Of a DNA stretch of 64,000 bases, positions 11,360 to 23,668 are shown piece after piece (positions within the stretch are counted from its first letter, which is position 1; the number at the start of each line of letters is the position of its first letter). The stretch is taken from the NCBI GenBank assembly GCA_014896355.1, contig JADBKO010000020.1:21852-85851 (forward strand). The letters run 5' to 3'. The notes beneath the pieces are model-generated. The model saw nothing but the letters and a program-made list of their open reading frames with translations, made no database searches and was not told the DNA's origin. Source of the DNA: Bacillota bacterium (lineage in GTDB: Bacteria; Bacillota; UBA5301; Bu52). A program made the position numbers and the translations under genes.

Positions 11360-12120
11360 TTGTGTTAAAATCCAATGGCGAGTTGCGGCGGATGCGCCGT
11401 GCAGGCCTGGTGGTCTGGCGCGCGCTGGAACTGGTGCGGGAGCATGTGAAACCCGGGGTCACCACCGGGCATCTGAACCGGTTGGTGGAGGAGATGATGG
11501 CCCGGGAGGGGGCGGTTCCGTCCTTCAAGGGCTATCATGGGTACCCCGCGTCCATCTGTACCTCTGTGGATGAGCAGGTGGTCCACGGTATTCCCGGGGA
11601 CCGCATCCTGCACGAAGGGCAGATTGTCAGCGTGGACATCGGCGCCATCGTGGACGGTTACCACGGCGATGCAGCCCGCACGTTCCCGGTGGGCGTCATC
11701 AGCGCCGAAGCCCAAAGGCTGCTGGACGTGACGTGGCAGGCCCTGCAGGAGGGGATCCAGCAGGCTCGGGTGGGAAACCATCTTTCAGATATCTCTCACG
11801 CCATCCAGGCGTGTGCTGAGGCGGCAGGTTTTTCGGTGGTGCGGGATTACGTGGGGCACGGGATCGGACGGCAGATGCACGAGCCGCCGCAGATTCCCAA
11901 TTACGGGCCGCCGGGTATGGGCCCCAAGCTGCGGGCCGGCATGGTGTTGGCCATCGAGCCCATGGTGAACGCCGGCACCTATGAGGTTCGAACGCTGGAG
12001 GACCAATGGACGGTGGTGACAGTGGATGGTGCGCTGTCTGCCCATTTCGAAAACACAGTGGCCATCACCCCCGAGGGTCCGGCGATTCTGACCGAACCGG
12101 AGCCCACCGGCTATGAGTGA
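11356..12120 (+). CDS. map: Methionine aminopeptidase type I
   Basis: VVHGIP, GYHGDAART, GHGIG..MHE, AIEPM. Confidence 0.97.
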   Translation: MIVLKSNGELRRMRRAGLVVWRALELVREHVKPGVTTGHLNRLVEEMMAREGAVPSFKGYHGYPASICTSVDEQVVHGIPGDRILHEGQIVSVDIGAIVDGYHGDAARTFPVGVISAEAQRLLDVTWQALQEGIQQARVGNHLSDISHAIQACAEAAGFSVVRDYVGHGIGRQMHEPPQIPNYGPPGMGPKLRAGMVLAIEPMVNAGTYEVRTLEDQWTVVTVDGALSAHFENTVAITPEGPAILTEPEPTGYE

Positions 12121-12499
12121 GATCATGCCTGGACAAGTGGTTATCTCCCGGGCTGGCCGGGATCACGGGCGGGCGTACGTGGTTGTGCGCATGGCAGAGC
12201 CGCCCTATGTATGGGTGGCGGACGGCGGTTTGCGGCGTCTGGCGCGGCCCAAGAAGAAAAACGTCCGGCACCTGCAGGCCACCCGGTATGTGGCTCTGCC
12301 GCTGGCCACCCGGCTGCGGGCCGGGCAGCCGGTGAGCGATGAGGATCTGCGTGCTGCGCTGCGGCGCTGGGAGGCGGAAAGGCAACGGCAGAAGGCTTCG
12401 GACGGCGCTGGGACTGCCGGTGCCAGTGCCGGGGGCGCCGCTGCCACCGGTATGGAGGCCGGGGAAGCCCCATGGGCGGGGCAGCGGGAGGGACGGTGA
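12113..12499 (+). CDS. KOW-domain RNA-binding protein (L14e-like)
   Basis: [13 protein letters not shown]...[16 protein letters not shown]; usual map-infA position in Firmicutes. Confidence 0.88.
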   Translation: MSEIMPGQVVISRAGRDHGRAYVVVRMAEPPYVWVADGGLRRLARPKKKNVRHLQATRYVALPLATRLRAGQPVSDEDLRAALRRWEAERQRQKASDGAGTAGASAGGAAATGMEAGEAPWAGQREGR

Positions 12500-12503
12500 G
12501 CGG

Positions 12504-12918
<415 letters not shown>

Positions 12919-12938
12919 AGGAAGAGGGGTGAAACGGG

Positions 12939-13313
12939 ATGGCTCGTATAGCCGGAGTGGATCTCCCCCGGGACAAGCGGGTGGAGGTGGCGCTGACGTA
13001 CATCTACGGCATCGGCCCCACGCTCAGCAAAAAGGTTTTGGCTGCGGCTCAGGTGAATCCGGACACGCGGGTACGGGACCTGACGGAGGACGAACAGGTG
13101 CGCCTGCGTGATATCATCGAGAAGAATTACAAGATCGAGGGGGACCTGCGCCGCGAGGAATCCATGAACATCAAGCGCCTCATGGAGATCGGGTGCTACC
13201 GCGGCCTGCGGCATCGCCGGGGACTGCCCGTGCGGGGCCAGCGCACGCACACCAATGCCCGCACCCGCAAGGGGCCAGGCAAGGCCATCGGCCTGAAGCG
13301 CAAGAAGGCCTGA
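12939..13313 (+). CDS. rpsM: 30S ribosomal protein S13
   Basis: [19 protein letters not shown]. Confidence 0.98.
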   Translation: MARIAGVDLPRDKRVEVALTYIYGIGPTLSKKVLAAAQVNPDTRVRDLTEDEQVRLRDIIEKNYKIEGDLRREESMNIKRLMEIGCYRGLRHRRGLPVRGQRTHTNARTRKGPGKAIGLKRKKA

Positions 13314-13347
13314 CGCCGCAGAGGCATGACCGAAGGGGGAAGAAGGT

Positions 13348-13743
13348 TTGGCACGTACAGCGGGACAGACCCGGCCGAAGAAGCGTGAGCGGAAGAACGT
13401 GGAAAGTGGCATCGCCCATATCCGCTCGACCTTCAACAATACCCTCGTGACCATCACGGACAAGGCCGGGAATGTGATTTGTTGGTCCAGCGCGGGAAAT
13501 ATTGGAATGAAGGGCTCCCGGAAAGGGACGCCGTTCGCGGCCGGGACTGCCGCGGAGCGCGCGGCGCGAATGGCCATGGACCATGGCATGCGGGAGGTGG
13601 AGGTCCTGGTGAAGGGGCCGGGGGCCGGCCGTGAGGCCGCCATCCGTTCCTTGCAGGCGGCCGGCCTGGAGGTGAGCCTCATCAAGGACGTCACTCCGAT
13701 CCCGCACAACGGTTGCCGCCCGCCGAAGCGCCGCCGCGTCTGA
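13348..13743 (+). CDS. rpsK: 30S ribosomal protein S11
   Basis: [24 protein letters not shown]. Confidence 0.98.
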   Translation: MARTAGQTRPKKRERKNVESGIAHIRSTFNNTLVTITDKAGNVICWSSAGNIGMKGSRKGTPFAAGTAAERAARMAMDHGMREVEVLVKGPGAGREAAIRSLQAAGLEVSLIKDVTPIPHNGCRPPKRRRV

Positions 13744-13858
13744 TGGCGAAGGCGAAACAGGAGCCAGTCTGGGTCTGGGAATTTGACCGGTGGAACCCCT
13801 TCACAGGGCGTTCGCCACAATCTGTCCGCAACAGGACTTGGAGGTGCAGCAAAGGGGA

Positions 13859-14488
13859 ATGGCGAGATACACGGGACCGGCGTGCCGGTTGTGCCGGCGT
13901 GCTGGCGAGAAGCTCTTCCTGAAGGGGGAGCGTTGCTATACAAACAAGTGCTCCATCGACCGCCGCAATTACGGCCCCGGGCAGCACGGTCAGGCCCGGC
14001 GCGGCAAGGCGTCGGAGTATGCTCTGCAGATGCGGGAGAAGCAGAAGCTGCGCCGCATCTATGGGATTATGGAAGCACAGTTCGAAAACTATTTTGAAAA
14101 GGCAGCCCGCAAGACCGGTGTCACCGGCGAGATGTTGCTACAGCTGTTGGAGCGGCGCCTGGACAATGTGGTATACCGGCTGGGCTTTGCCCTTTCCCGG
14201 GCGGAGGCCCGGCAGCTGGTGCGGCACGGCCATATTCAGGTCAACGGACGCAAGGTGAACATCCCGTCGTACCTGGTGGCGGCCGGGGATGAGGTGTCCG
14301 TGAAGGAGGCCAGCCGCAAGATCCCGCGCATGGTGGAGCTGTCGCAGGGATTCCGCACGCGCAATGTGCCGAAATGGCTGGAGCTAAACCCGGAGACGTG
14401 GACCGGCAAGGTCCTGGCCCTGCCGCGGCGCGAGGACATCGACATGCCCGTGGAGGAGCACCTGATCGTCGAGTTCTACTCCCGCTAA
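13859..14488 (+). CDS. rpsD: 30S ribosomal protein S4
   Basis: [33 protein letters not shown]. Confidence 0.98.
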   Translation: MARYTGPACRLCRRAGEKLFLKGERCYTNKCSIDRRNYGPGQHGQARRGKASEYALQMREKQKLRRIYGIMEAQFENYFEKAARKTGVTGEMLLQLLERRLDNVVYRLGFALSRAEARQLVRHGHIQVNGRKVNIPSYLVAAGDEVSVKEASRKIPRMVELSQGFRTRNVPKWLELNPETWTGKVLALPRREDIDMPVEEHLIVEFYSR

Positions 14489-14519
14489 GGCACCGTAGCC
14501 CTGCAAGGAGGATGTTCGG

Positions 14520-15467
14520 ATGATCGAAATGGTCAAGCCAAAGGTGGAGAGCACGGAGGTCACCCAGGATTATGGGAAATTCGTCATCGAACCTTTGGAG
14601 CGCGGGTACGGCACGACGATAGGGAATGCCCTCCGCCGGGTTTTGCTATCCTCGTTGCCAGGGGCGGCGGTCACGACCTTGAAGATTGACGGTGTCTTGC
14701 ATGAGTTTTCCACCATCCCTGGGGTCGTTGAGGACGTCACGGACATCGTGCTGAGCCTGAAGGAGCTCGTCATCAAGCTGCACGGCGACGAACCCCAGGT
14801 CATCCGTATTGAAGCCCAGGGGGCTGGCGAGGTCAAGGCGGGCGATATCCTCACCGGGTCCCAGGTGGAGATTTTGAACCCGGACCTGCATATTGCCACT
14901 CTGGAGCCGGACGGCCGGCTCATGGCGGAAATCACAGTGGCCCGGGGACGCGGGTATGTCCCGGCGGAAAAGCAGGACCGGGGCGAACAGCCCATTGGCA
15001 TCATTCCAGTGGATTCCCTGTACTCGCCGGTGCGGCGGGTGAACTTCACCGTGGAGGACACCCGGGTGGGCCAGGTGACGAACTACGACCGCCTGACCTT
15101 GGAGGTCTGGACCAACGGGACCATCCGGCCGGATGAAGCCACGAGCATGGCGGCCAAGATCCTCCGGGACCATGTGGACCTGTTCGTCCATCTGACGGAC
15201 AATGTGCCGACCCTGGAGATGCTGGTGGAAAAAGAGGACGAGAGCCAGAACCGGCAGCTGGAGATGTCCATCGAGGAACTGGACCTCTCGGTCCGTTCCT
15301 ACAACTGCCTGAAGCGCGCGGGCATCAACACCGTCGGGGAGTTGACCCGGCGGACCGAGGCGGACATGATGAAAGTCCGCAATCTGGGACGCAAGTCCCT
15401 GGAAGAAGTGGTCCAGAAGCTGGCGGCGCTGGGCCTGTCGCTAAAAAAGTCCGAGGACGAGGAATAG
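14520..15467 (+). CDS. rpoA: RNA polymerase subunit alpha
   Basis: [31 protein letters not shown]. Confidence 0.98.
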   Translation: MIEMVKPKVESTEVTQDYGKFVIEPLERGYGTTIGNALRRVLLSSLPGAAVTTLKIDGVLHEFSTIPGVVEDVTDIVLSLKELVIKLHGDEPQVIRIEAQGAGEVKAGDILTGSQVEILNPDLHIATLEPDGRLMAEITVARGRGYVPAEKQDRGEQPIGIIPVDSLYSPVRRVNFTVEDTRVGQVTNYDRLTLEVWTNGTIRPDEATSMAAKILRDHVDLFVHLTDNVPTLEMLVEKEDESQNRQLEMSIEELDLSVRSYNCLKRAGINTVGELTRRTEADMMKVRNLGRKSLEEVVQKLAALGLSLKKSEDEE

Positions 15468-15487
15468 CACGCAGAGAGGTGGAGCGC

Positions 15488-15829
15488 ATGAAACGGGGCA
15501 AGCTGGGGCGGGACTCCGGAGCGCGCCGGGCGCTGTTTCGGTCCCTGTCGGCAGCGGTTCTGCTGCACGGCCGCATCGAGACCACCGAGGCCAAAGCGAA
15601 GTCGGTCCAGGCCATGGTCGATAAACTCATCACCCTGGGCAAGCGGGGGGATTTGCACGCCCGGCGCCAGGCTGCTGCGTTTTTGAACGATCCGGAGGCT
15701 GTCAAGAAGCTGTTTGAGACCGTGGCCCCCCGCTACAAGGAACGCAACGGCGGTTACACGCGAGTGCTGCGGACCAGCGTGCGCCGGGGCGACGGGGCGC
15801 CATTGGCCCTCCTGGAGCTGGTCTCCTGA
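15488..15829 (+). CDS. rplQ: 50S ribosomal protein L17
   Basis: [23 protein letters not shown]. Confidence 0.97.
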   Translation: MKRGKLGRDSGARRALFRSLSAAVLLHGRIETTEAKAKSVQAMVDKLITLGKRGDLHARRQAAAFLNDPEAVKKLFETVAPRYKERNGGYTRVLRTSVRRGDGAPLALLELVS

Positions 15830-16030
15830 CGTGGCGGGCTGCGGGCGGATCGGAGCCTGACAAAGCGGAGCAGACAAGCAGGCGGCAGAGGTGGACGGCA
15901 TCCGGCGCAGGCGGGCCGGGCCCGTGCCTCTGCTTGTTATTATCGTGGACCCTGTGGCCGCGGGCGGGCCGAGGCCGGCCGCTGGCCCTGGCCCGGAGCG
16001 GGATTCCGTGTGGGGAGCGGGGGTTCGAGC

Positions 16031-16936
16031 GTGCCGGGACCGTTGATTGAAGTGCGCAGCCTGGAGCATGTTTTCCTCACCCGGGGCGGAGGGGAATTGC
16101 CGGCTCTGCAAGGCATCGACCTGGACGTGGAGCAAGGCGAATTTCTCGCCATCGTGGGGCACAACGGCTCGGGGAAATCCACGCTGGCCAGGCATTTCAA
16201 TGCGCTGCTGCTACCCACCCGGGGTAGCGTACGGGTGGAAGGCCTGGACACCGCCGATCCGGAGAATCTTTGGACCATCCGCCAGAAGGTGGGGATGGTG
16301 TTTCAAAATCCCGATAATCAGCTGGTGGCCACCACGGTGGAAGAGGACGTGGCCTTCGGGCCGGAAAACCTGGGCGTGCCGCAGCCAGTGCTGCGTGCCC
16401 GGGTGGATGAGGCCCTGGCTGCCGTGGGCATGAGCGAGTTTGCCCATTTGGAGCCGCACCGGCTTTCCGGCGGCCAAAAGCAGCGGGTGGCCATCGCCGG
16501 GGTCATTGCCATGCGCCCCCGCTGCCTGGTTCTGGACGAGCCCACGGCCATGCTGGATCCGGTGGGACGCCGCGAAGTGCTGGCGACGGTGCGGCGGCTG
16601 AACCAGGAGGAGGGCATCACGGTCATCTACATCACCCACTTCATGGAGGAGGCGGTGCGGGCCGACCGGGTGCTGGTGATGGAGCAGGGACGCGTGGCCT
16701 TGCAGGGCACACCTCGCCAGGTCTTCAGCCAGGTGGAGCGAATGAAGGCCCTGCATCTGGACGTGCCGCCTGTGACGGAGCTGGCCCACCGCTTGGCCGG
16801 GCGAGGCTGGGCCGTGCCCACGGATGTGCTGACTGCTCAGGAGCTGGCCGCGGCGCTGCTGCAGGTTGTGGGTGGGCAGGCGGCCCCGGCGCAGCCCGAG
16901 GCGGGAACGGAGCGAGCCTCCCATGCCTATCATTGA
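16031..16936 (+). CDS. ecfA1: ECF transporter ATPase EcfA1
   Basis: [33 protein letters not shown]; start approximate. Confidence 0.94.
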   Translation: MPGPLIEVRSLEHVFLTRGGGELPALQGIDLDVEQGEFLAIVGHNGSGKSTLARHFNALLLPTRGSVRVEGLDTADPENLWTIRQKVGMVFQNPDNQLVATTVEEDVAFGPENLGVPQPVLRARVDEALAAVGMSEFAHLEPHRLSGGQKQRVAIAGVIAMRPRCLVLDEPTAMLDPVGRREVLATVRRLNQEEGITVIYITHFMEEAVRADRVLVMEQGRVALQGTPRQVFSQVERMKALHLDVPPVTELAHRLAGRGWAVPTDVLTAQELAAALLQVVGGQAAPAQPEAGTERASHAYH

Positions 16937-17810
16937 GATTCACGGCCTCACCCACCAGTATCTGCCCGGCACCCCCATGGCCGTGACGGCGCTGAGCAAC
17001 ATCGAGCTCAGCGTGGAAGCCGGTGAATTCGTGGGCATCCTCGGCCACACCGGCTCCGGCAAGTCCACCCTGGTCCAGTATTTGAACGGCCTGTTGCGCC
17101 CCAAGGACACGGGCCGGGTCATCGTGGACGGCAACGATGTGGGGGACCGCAAAGTGCCGCTGCGGGCCCTGCGGCAGCGGGTGGGGCTGGTGTTCCAGTA
17201 TCCGGAATACCAGATCTTCGAGGAGACCGTGGCCCAGGACGTGGCCTTCGGCCCCACCAATCTGGGCCTTTCCCCCAAGGAAGTGCAGGAGCGGGTTCAG
17301 GAGGCGTTGCGGGCAGTGCGGCTGGATCCCAGGCGCTACGGCGACCGTTCGCCCTATGAGCTGTCCGGAGGCGAGCTGCGCCGGGTGGCCCTGGCCGGGG
17401 TCTTGGCCATGCGGCCCAAGATCCTCATTCTGGATGAGCCCACCGCCGGCCTGGATCCGCGTGGCCGCGATCAGTTGTTGGAACTGGTCCGTTCCTGGCA
17501 CCGCGAGCGGCATCTGACGGTCCTCATGGTCTCCCACAGCATGGATGACGTAGCCCAGTTGGCCAACCGCCTGGTGGTGCTGCACCGCGGCCACCTGGTC
17601 ATGAACGGCACCCCGCGGGAGGTGTTCCAGCGGGCCGCCGAGCTGGAAGCCATCGGGCTGGGAATTCCGCAGGTGACCCAGCTGATGATCCAGCTGCACC
17701 AGGCGGGGCTGCCGGTGGACCCGGCCTGCCTCACCCTGGACCAGGCCGAGCGGGAACTGGTCCGGCTGGGCGCCGGCAAAGGCCGCAAAGGGGGCGCAAC
17801 CCGTGCTTGA
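16923..17810 (+). CDS. ecfA2: ECF transporter ATPase EcfA2
   Basis: [30 protein letters not shown]. Confidence 0.94.
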   Translation: MPIIEIHGLTHQYLPGTPMAVTALSNIELSVEAGEFVGILGHTGSGKSTLVQYLNGLLRPKDTGRVIVDGNDVGDRKVPLRALRQRVGLVFQYPEYQIFEETVAQDVAFGPTNLGLSPKEVQERVQEALRAVRLDPRRYGDRSPYELSGGELRRVALAGVLAMRPKILILDEPTAGLDPRGRDQLLELVRSWHRERHLTVLMVSHSMDDVAQLANRLVVLHRGHLVMNGTPREVFQRAAELEAIGLGIPQVTQLMIQLHQAGLPVDPACLTLDQAERELVRLGAGKGRKGGATRA

Positions 17811-18594
17811 GGGCATCACCATCGGCCAATATGTGCCCGGCGACTCTCCCGTACATACCCTGGATCCCCGGGTGAAGCTGGTGGCCACTGTGGTGCTGAT
17901 CACCGTCCTTTTTCTGATCAACAGCTTCGCCGGCTACGGGCTGATTGCCGCCTTTTTGGTGGGAGTGTTCGCTGTAGCCCGGCTGCCCGTGCGTTACGTG
18001 TGGCGGGGGCTGCGGCCGCTGCTGTTCATCGTATTGCTGACGGTGGTTCTGAACATGCTGATGACCCCGGGCCAGGTGTGGGCCAAGTGGGGGCCTTTCA
18101 CGATCACGGACGCCGGCGTCATCCGAGGCTCTCAGATGGGGCTGCGCCTTATCTTGCTGGTGGTGGCCACCAGTCTGCTGACCCTGGCCACCTCCCCCAT
18201 CAGCCTCACAGACGGCATCGAGAGTTTGCTGCGGCCCTTCCGGAGGGTGGGCGTGCCCGCCCATGAGCTGGCCATGATGATGACCATCGCCCTGCGGTTT
18301 ATTCCCACCCTGCTGGAGGAGACGGACAAGATCATCAAGGCCCAGATGGCCCGGGGGGCGGATTTCGAGTCCGGCAATCTGCTGCGGCGGGCGCGCAACA
18401 TGATCCCGCTGCTGGTGCCACTCTTTCTCAGCGCCTTTCGGCGGGCCGACGAGCTGGCCACAGCCATGGAGTCCCGCTGCTACCGGGGCGGCGAGGGCCG
18501 CACCCGGCTGCGGGCGCTGGTGCTGACCCGCCGCGACGTGGCCGTGCTGTCCGCAGTGGTTGTGTTCAGCGTGGCGGTGGCGGTGATATTTTGA
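17803..18594 (+). CDS. ecfT: ECF transporter transmembrane component EcfT
   Basis: [27 protein letters not shown]. Confidence 0.94.
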   Translation: MLEGITIGQYVPGDSPVHTLDPRVKLVATVVLITVLFLINSFAGYGLIAAFLVGVFAVARLPVRYVWRGLRPLLFIVLLTVVLNMLMTPGQVWAKWGPFTITDAGVIRGSQMGLRLILLVVATSLLTLATSPISLTDGIESLLRPFRRVGVPAHELAMMMTIALRFIPTLLEETDKIIKAQMARGADFESGNLLRRARNMIPLLVPLFLSAFRRADELATAMESRCYRGGEGRTRLRALVLTRRDVAVLSAVVVFSVAVAVIF

Positions 18595-18793
18595 CGGGGT
18601 GGCGGCGTGCCGCCGCGGGCGATCACGGCAGGCGATCACCGTAGGCGCCGCGGCAGGGGAACGCCGCGGGGATGAGGGTATGGGGGCAACGATGGGTGGG
18701 CAAGAAGGGGCCGGGCCGGGCGCGGCGCCGGGCCATGTGGCAGCGCCGGGCGGCGTGAAAGTGCCGGGCAGCGTGCCAGTGCCAGGCAAAGCG

Positions 18794-19042
18794 ATGGCGC
18801 CGCGGAACGTGGCTGTCATCATCAGCTATGACGGCACGGACTTTGCCGGTTTCCAGCGGCAGGCGCGGGCGCAGGGATCGCGCACCGTACAGGAGGAGCT
18901 GGAGCGGGCCTTGCGCCGCCTGACCGGCGAAACCCAGCTGCGGGTAGTGGGAGCCGGGCGGACGGACGCCGGCGTCCACGCCCTGGGCCAGGTGATCCAT
19001 TTTCGCACGGCCAGCCGCATCCCAGCGCAACGCTGGGTAGCG
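18794..19042 (+). pseudogene. truA: tRNA pseudouridine(38-40) synthase, N-terminal ~80 aa only
   Basis: [35 protein letters not shown]; clear homology stops after RIPAQRWVA and the frame continues into unrelated sequence. Confidence 0.85.
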
Positions 19043-19485
19043 CCGAAAACCCGGATGCGGTACGAGGCGTTGGCGGGGAGAAGTTCCGTACTACCGGGCT
19101 TGAAACGCCAGCAGGCGCCGCCGGGGGCGAGATCTGCGTTGCGAGGCTTCGGGCGGCAGTCGAGGCGCAGGGCGTTCGCCGAAAGATCTGGATGCCGCGC
19201 GTCGGGGGCTGGAGGCGTTCGTCGGACGCTTGACGCGGAAGAAAAAAGAAAGCGTGTGCCCTGCGGCTGGAGGCGGCACTTTGGCGCGCCCGGGATGAGG
19301 CCGCCCGGGCGGGAAGACGAAGCCCGGGAGAAAGCCCAAGCCCGGAAGACCGGCGGCCGAAAGCGTATGCGGCCCCCTTTCCCGACCTGCCGTGGTCGGA
19401 CGTCGACCGGCTTCGGGAAGCGGTCTTCCGGCAGGCCCGGGAGGCCGAGGCGCACCGGCAAAAGCGCTCGAGCAAGCGACGGCCG

Positions 19486-19719
19486 AGCCGGCAAGCTGTC
19501 CATGATACGCTGCAGCGGGCGCAGGCGGCCCTGGAGGAGCTGGAATCCAGGCTGGGTTTCCTGCAGCGTCTGGCGCGCCTGGACCAGCTGGCCGGGCGGC
19601 TGGATGCGGCGCTAACCGCTCTGGAGCGGGACACCGGGCACGGAGGGCAGGGCACCCGGCACGGCCTGCACCCGGTGCGGGCGGCTCTGGATGAATTATT
19701 GCGCGAATTGCGCCGTTAG
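19486..19719 (+). pseudogene. ylxM: YlxM (UPF0122) SRP-associated DNA-binding protein, C-terminal half only
   Basis: [24 protein letters not shown]...* directly before ffh; N-terminal half absent. Confidence 0.8.
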
Positions 19720-19734
19720 GGAGGAGGGCCGGGC

Positions 19735-21111
19735 ATGGCCTTCGAAAGCCTGACGTCCCGCTTGCAGGAGGCGTTCCGCCGCCTGCGCGGCAAGGGCAAG
19801 CTCACGGAAAAAGACGTGAACGAAGCCTTGCGCGAGATCCGCCTGGCCCTTCTGGAGGCCGACGTCAATTACCGCGTAGTAAAGGATTTCGTCGGCCGGG
19901 TCAAGGAGGCGGCGCTGGGGCAGGACGTTCTCTCCAGCCTGACGCCAGGCCAGCAGGTCATCAAGATCGTGCATGAGAAGCTGGTGGAGTTGCTGGGCCA
20001 ATCTCCGGCCCGCCTGGAGGTGGCCAATACCCCGCCCAGCGTCTACATGCTGGTGGGCCTGCAGGGGGCAGGCAAAACCACCGCTTCTGCCAAGCTGGCG
20101 TATATGCTGCGCCGCCAGGGCCGCAAGCCCCTCTTGGCCAGCGTAGACGTCTACCGTCCGGCGGCCGTGGAGCAACTGCAGATCCTGGCGGCCTCCGTGC
20201 CGGCAGATTTTTTTCCGGCGGAAGGCCCCGCGGGCAGGCAGCCCTTGGCTCTGGCCCGCCAGGCCGTGGGTGAGGCCCGGCGCGTAGGGGCGGATGCGCT
20301 CCTTTTGGATACCGCCGGCAGGTTGCAGATTGACGAAGCGATGATGCAGGAGCTGGCCGATCTGCAGGCAGCGGTTCAGCCGCAGGAGATCCTGCTGGTG
20401 GTGGATGCCATGACCGGCCAGGATGCCGTGAATGTGGCCAAGGCTTTCCAGGACCGCCTGGGGCTCACGGGCGTGATTCTCAGCAAGCTGGACGGGGACA
20501 CCCGGGGCGGCGCTGCCCTTTCCATCCGGGCCGTCACGGGGACCCCCATCAAGTTCGCCAGCCTTGGTGAAAAGCTTGATACCTTGGAGGCGTTCCACCC
20601 TGACCGCATGGCCACCCGCATCCTGGGCATGGGCGATGTGTTGACCCTCATCGAAAAGGCTCAGGCCACCATGGATGCGGAGAAAGCCCGGGCCCTGGCC
20701 GGCAAAATGGCGCGGGCTGAGCTGACGCTGGACGATTTCCTGGAACAGCTGCAGCAGATGCGGCGCCTGGGCCCGCTGGACCAGATCCTGGGCATGCTGC
20801 CGGGCTTCGGCCCCGCCAAACAGCTGAAAGGCCTGCAGGTGGATGAGAAAGAGCTGAGTCACGTGGAGGCCATCATCCGCTCCATGACCGTGCAGGAGCG
20901 GCGGAATCCCGCCATCATCGATGGCAGCAGGCGCCGGCGCATCGCTGCCGGCAGCGGCACGCGGGTGCAAGATGTGAACCGCCTGCTCAAACAGTTTGAG
21001 CAGACCCGTCAGATGCTCAAACAGTTTGGGGCTTTGGATAAAAAGGCCAGGCGGCACGGGGGACCGGGCAGATTTCCGCTGCTTCCCCCCGATCCCGGAG
21101 CGAGGAGGTGA
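19735..21111 (+). CDS. ffh: Signal recognition particle protein
   Basis: [35 protein letters not shown]. Confidence 0.98.
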   Translation: MAFESLTSRLQEAFRRLRGKGKLTEKDVNEALREIRLALLEADVNYRVVKDFVGRVKEAALGQDVLSSLTPGQQVIKIVHEKLVELLGQSPARLEVANTPPSVYMLVGLQGAGKTTASAKLAYMLRRQGRKPLLASVDVYRPAAVEQLQILAASVPADFFPAEGPAGRQPLALARQAVGEARRVGADALLLDTAGRLQIDEAMMQELADLQAAVQPQEILLVVDAMTGQDAVNVAKAFQDRLGLTGVILSKLDGDTRGGAALSIRAVTGTPIKFASLGEKLDTLEAFHPDRMATRILGMGDVLTLIEKAQATMDAEKARALAGKMARAELTLDDFLEQLQQMRRLGPLDQILGMLPGFGPAKQLKGLQVDEKELSHVEAIIRSMTVQERRNPAIIDGSRRRRIAAGSGTRVQDVNRLLKQFEQTRQMLKQFGALDKKARRHGGPGRFPLLPPDPGARR

Positions 21112-21115
21112 GACC

Positions 21116-21427
21116 ATGGCTGTGCGTATCCGTCTGAAGCGTATGGGAGCCAAAAAACGTCCGTTCTACCGGCTGGTGGTGGCCGATTCCCGTTATCCCC
21201 GGGACGGGCGGTTCATTGAAACCATCGGGCATTATAATCCTCTGGCCGAACCGGCGGAGGTCAAGGTGGACCAGGAGAAGGCCCTGGAGTGGCTGCGCAA
21301 AGGGGCCCAGCCGTCCGACACGGCCCGCAAGCTGTTGAGCCAGGCTGGGGTCATGCAGCGCTGGCACGAGACCCGTCATGCGAAACCGGCCCCGCCGGCG
21401 GAAGGTGCCGGTACCGCGCAAGGATAG
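21116..21427 (+). CDS. rpsP: 30S ribosomal protein S16
   Basis: [27 protein letters not shown]. Confidence 0.97.
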   Translation: MAVRIRLKRMGAKKRPFYRLVVADSRYPRDGRFIETIGHYNPLAEPAEVKVDQEKALEWLRKGAQPSDTARKLLSQAGVMQRWHETRHAKPAPPAEGAGTAQG

Positions 21428-21442
21428 AGGCGGTGACACGTT

Positions 21443-21688
21443 ATGGGGGGCGAATCCCTGAAGGAACTGCTGGAATACATGGCCCGGGCCCTGGTGTTGC
21501 ACCCGGATTCCGTCCAGGTGGACATGGAAGAGAATCCGGATGAGGTCCGCCTGCGGCTGGCCGTGGATCCGGCAGACACGGGAAAAGTCATCGGCAAACA
21601 GGGGCGCATCGCCCAGGCCATGCGGACGGTGATGAAAGCTGCCGCAGTCCACGACGGGCGGCGGGTCAGCGTGGACATCCAGGACTGA
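21443..21688 (+). CDS. khpA: KH-domain RNA-binding protein KhpA (YlqC)
   Basis: GKVIGKQGRIAQAMRT; rpsP-rimM position. Confidence 0.93.
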   Translation: MGGESLKELLEYMARALVLHPDSVQVDMEENPDEVRLRLAVDPADTGKVIGKQGRIAQAMRTVMKAAAVHDGRRVSVDIQD

Positions 21689-21725
21689 CCCGAAGGGAAA
21701 AGGCCCGGGCTTCCGCGAGGATTTC

Positions 21726-22361
21726 ATCCTTGTCGGCCGCGTGGTGGCGGCCCACGGCGTGCGCGGCGAGGTGCGGGTGTGGCCGGAGACAGACAGTCTG
21801 GGACGTTTCTGCCGCTTGCAGGAGGTCTATCTGCGGCATCCGCCAGGCGGCGGGGAAGAGGGTCCAGCAGAGCGGTGGGACCGCTACAGTGTGGAAAAAG
21901 CCCGTCCCCATCAGCACGTGGTGCTGCTCAAGCTGGCCGGCGTGGATTCCCGCAGTGCTGCCGAGGCTTTACGCGGCAGCTGGCTGGCGGTGCCTGAACG
22001 TCAGGCGGAAAAGCCGGAAGGATGCTGGTTCATCCATGACATCCTGGGGCTGCAGGCCGTGGACGAGACCGGTTCCGCCGTGGGCCAGGTCGTGGCGGTC
22101 CTCCGCAGCAAAGCCCATGACCTTTTTGAGGTACAGCCGCCGGAGCCGGGGGCCGCAAGCTTCCTGGTGCCGGCAGTGCGCGAGTTCGTGCGGGATGTGG
22201 ATCTGAAGCAGCGCCGTCTGGTCCTTCATCTCTGGCCCGGTTTGCGTTCCGAACCGGAGCGTGAAGGGAAGGCCACAGAGGACGCAAGGCGGAAAGACCG
22301 GGGTCATCCCTATGGCGCCGCTGGCGGAGACCATGAGCAGGAAGGCACCCATGCGGTTTGA
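21726..22361 (+). CDS. rimM: Ribosome maturation factor RimM (start codon uncertain)
   Basis: [38 protein letters not shown]. Confidence 0.9.
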   Translation: MLVGRVVAAHGVRGEVRVWPETDSLGRFCRLQEVYLRHPPGGGEEGPAERWDRYSVEKARPHQHVVLLKLAGVDSRSAAEALRGSWLAVPERQAEKPEGCWFIHDILGLQAVDETGSAVGQVVAVLRSKAHDLFEVQPPEPGAASFLVPAVREFVRDVDLKQRRLVLHLWPGLRSEPEREGKATEDARRKDRGHPYGAAGGDHEQEGTHAV

Positions 22362-23268
22362 TATCCTGACCCTGTTCCCGGAGATGTTCAACGGGCCGCT
22401 CAATGCCAGCATCCTGAAAAGAGCGCAGGAGGCGGGGTTGATCCAGATCGGGCTGCACAATATCCGGGACTGGGCGCAAGACAAACATCACCTCACGGAC
22501 GACTACCCTTACAGCGGCGGCGCTGGAATGGTCATGAAGCCCGAGCCCCTGTATCACGCCATCCAGGCGGTGAAGGCCCAGGGAAGGGAGCGCTTTGGCG
22601 AGGATGCCCGCGCGGGAGACACGGAGCCGGATCCACCCGTAATCCTTTTGAGCCCTCAGGGCCGGGTGTTCAGCCAGAGTGTGGCCCGGGAGCTGAGCCG
22701 GCATCGTCGGCTGATTTTGGTCTGCGGTCATTACGAAGGCGTGGACGAACGCGTGTGCCAGCTGGCCATCACGGACCAGATTTCCATCGGGGATTACGTG
22801 CTGACCGGCGGCGAGCTGGCCGCCATGGTGGTGGTGGATGCCGTGTCCCGGCTGATTCCGGGAGTTCTGGGGGATGAGGCTTCCGCAGAGGAGGAGTCCT
22901 TCGCCGGGGGACTTTTGGAGTATCCGCAGTATACCCGGCCGCCGGAGTTCATGGGTCTGAAGGTGCCGGAGGTGCTGTTGTCCGGAAACCATGCCGAAAT
23001 TCAGCGCTGGCGCCGGTACCAGTCCCTGGGGCGGACCTGGGCCCGGCGTCCGGATCTGCTGGCGCGGGCACCCTTGACCCCCGAGGAGCGGCTATGGCTG
23101 GCCAGGCTGGAAGCCGGTGAGGTGCAGGTTCCCCAGGCAGGCGGCTGCTGGCCGCCGCCGGAGCGCAGAAGCCGCTCGAAAGCTGGCAACCAAAAGCCCC
23201 CGCAGGCGGTTCCCCCGGCGGGAGACCCAGGCCGGGAACAGGGACCTCCCGATTCGCAAGGGGCATGA
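22351..23268 (+). CDS. trmD: tRNA (guanine-N1)-methyltransferase
   Basis: [38 protein letters not shown]. Confidence 0.97.
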   Translation: MRFDILTLFPEMFNGPLNASILKRAQEAGLIQIGLHNIRDWAQDKHHLTDDYPYSGGAGMVMKPEPLYHAIQAVKAQGRERFGEDARAGDTEPDPPVILLSPQGRVFSQSVARELSRHRRLILVCGHYEGVDERVCQLAITDQISIGDYVLTGGELAAMVVVDAVSRLIPGVLGDEASAEEESFAGGLLEYPQYTRPPEFMGLKVPEVLLSGNHAEIQRWRRYQSLGRTWARRPDLLARAPLTPEERLWLARLEAGEVQVPQAGGCWPPPERRSRSKAGNQKPPQAVPPAGDPGREQGPPDSQGA

Positions 23269-23293
23269 TTCAGGCAGGAAGGAGGGAAAAGGG

Positions 23294-23635
23294 ATGGATT
23301 TACTACATCTTGTCGAACAGGAAAGTATGCGCCAGGGGCGGCCGGATTTCCGGCCCGGCGATACGGTGCGGGTGCATGTGAAGGTCATCGAAGGCGGCCG
23401 TGAGCGCATTCAGGTGTTCGAAGGCATGGTCATCCGCAAGCGGGGAAGCGGACCCAATGCCACCTTCACGGTGCGCAAGATCAGCCAGGGGATCGGGGTG
23501 GAACGCACCTTCCCGCTGCATTCGCCCCGGGTGGACGCCGTGGAGGTGGTCCGCAAGGGGCAGGTCCGGCGGGCAAAGCTCTATTATCTCCGGAACGTGG
23601 TGGGCAAAGCGGCCCGCGTCAAGGAAAAGAGGTAA
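23294..23635 (+). CDS. rplS: 50S ribosomal protein L19
   Basis: [34 protein letters not shown]. Confidence 0.98.
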   Translation: MDLLHLVEQESMRQGRPDFRPGDTVRVHVKVIEGGRERIQVFEGMVIRKRGSGPNATFTVRKISQGIGVERTFPLHSPRVDAVEVVRKGQVRRAKLYYLRNVVGKAARVKEKR

Positions 23636-23668
23636 GGAGGGAGGGGCCGACAGCCCCTCCGCTTTATC

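Noticed and set aside
18599..19615. 338-aa ORF as a full-length or novel TruA fusion
   Set aside because: C-terminal part is Arg/Gly/Pro-rich read-through with no TruA motifs in frame and overlaps the ylxM fragment out of frame
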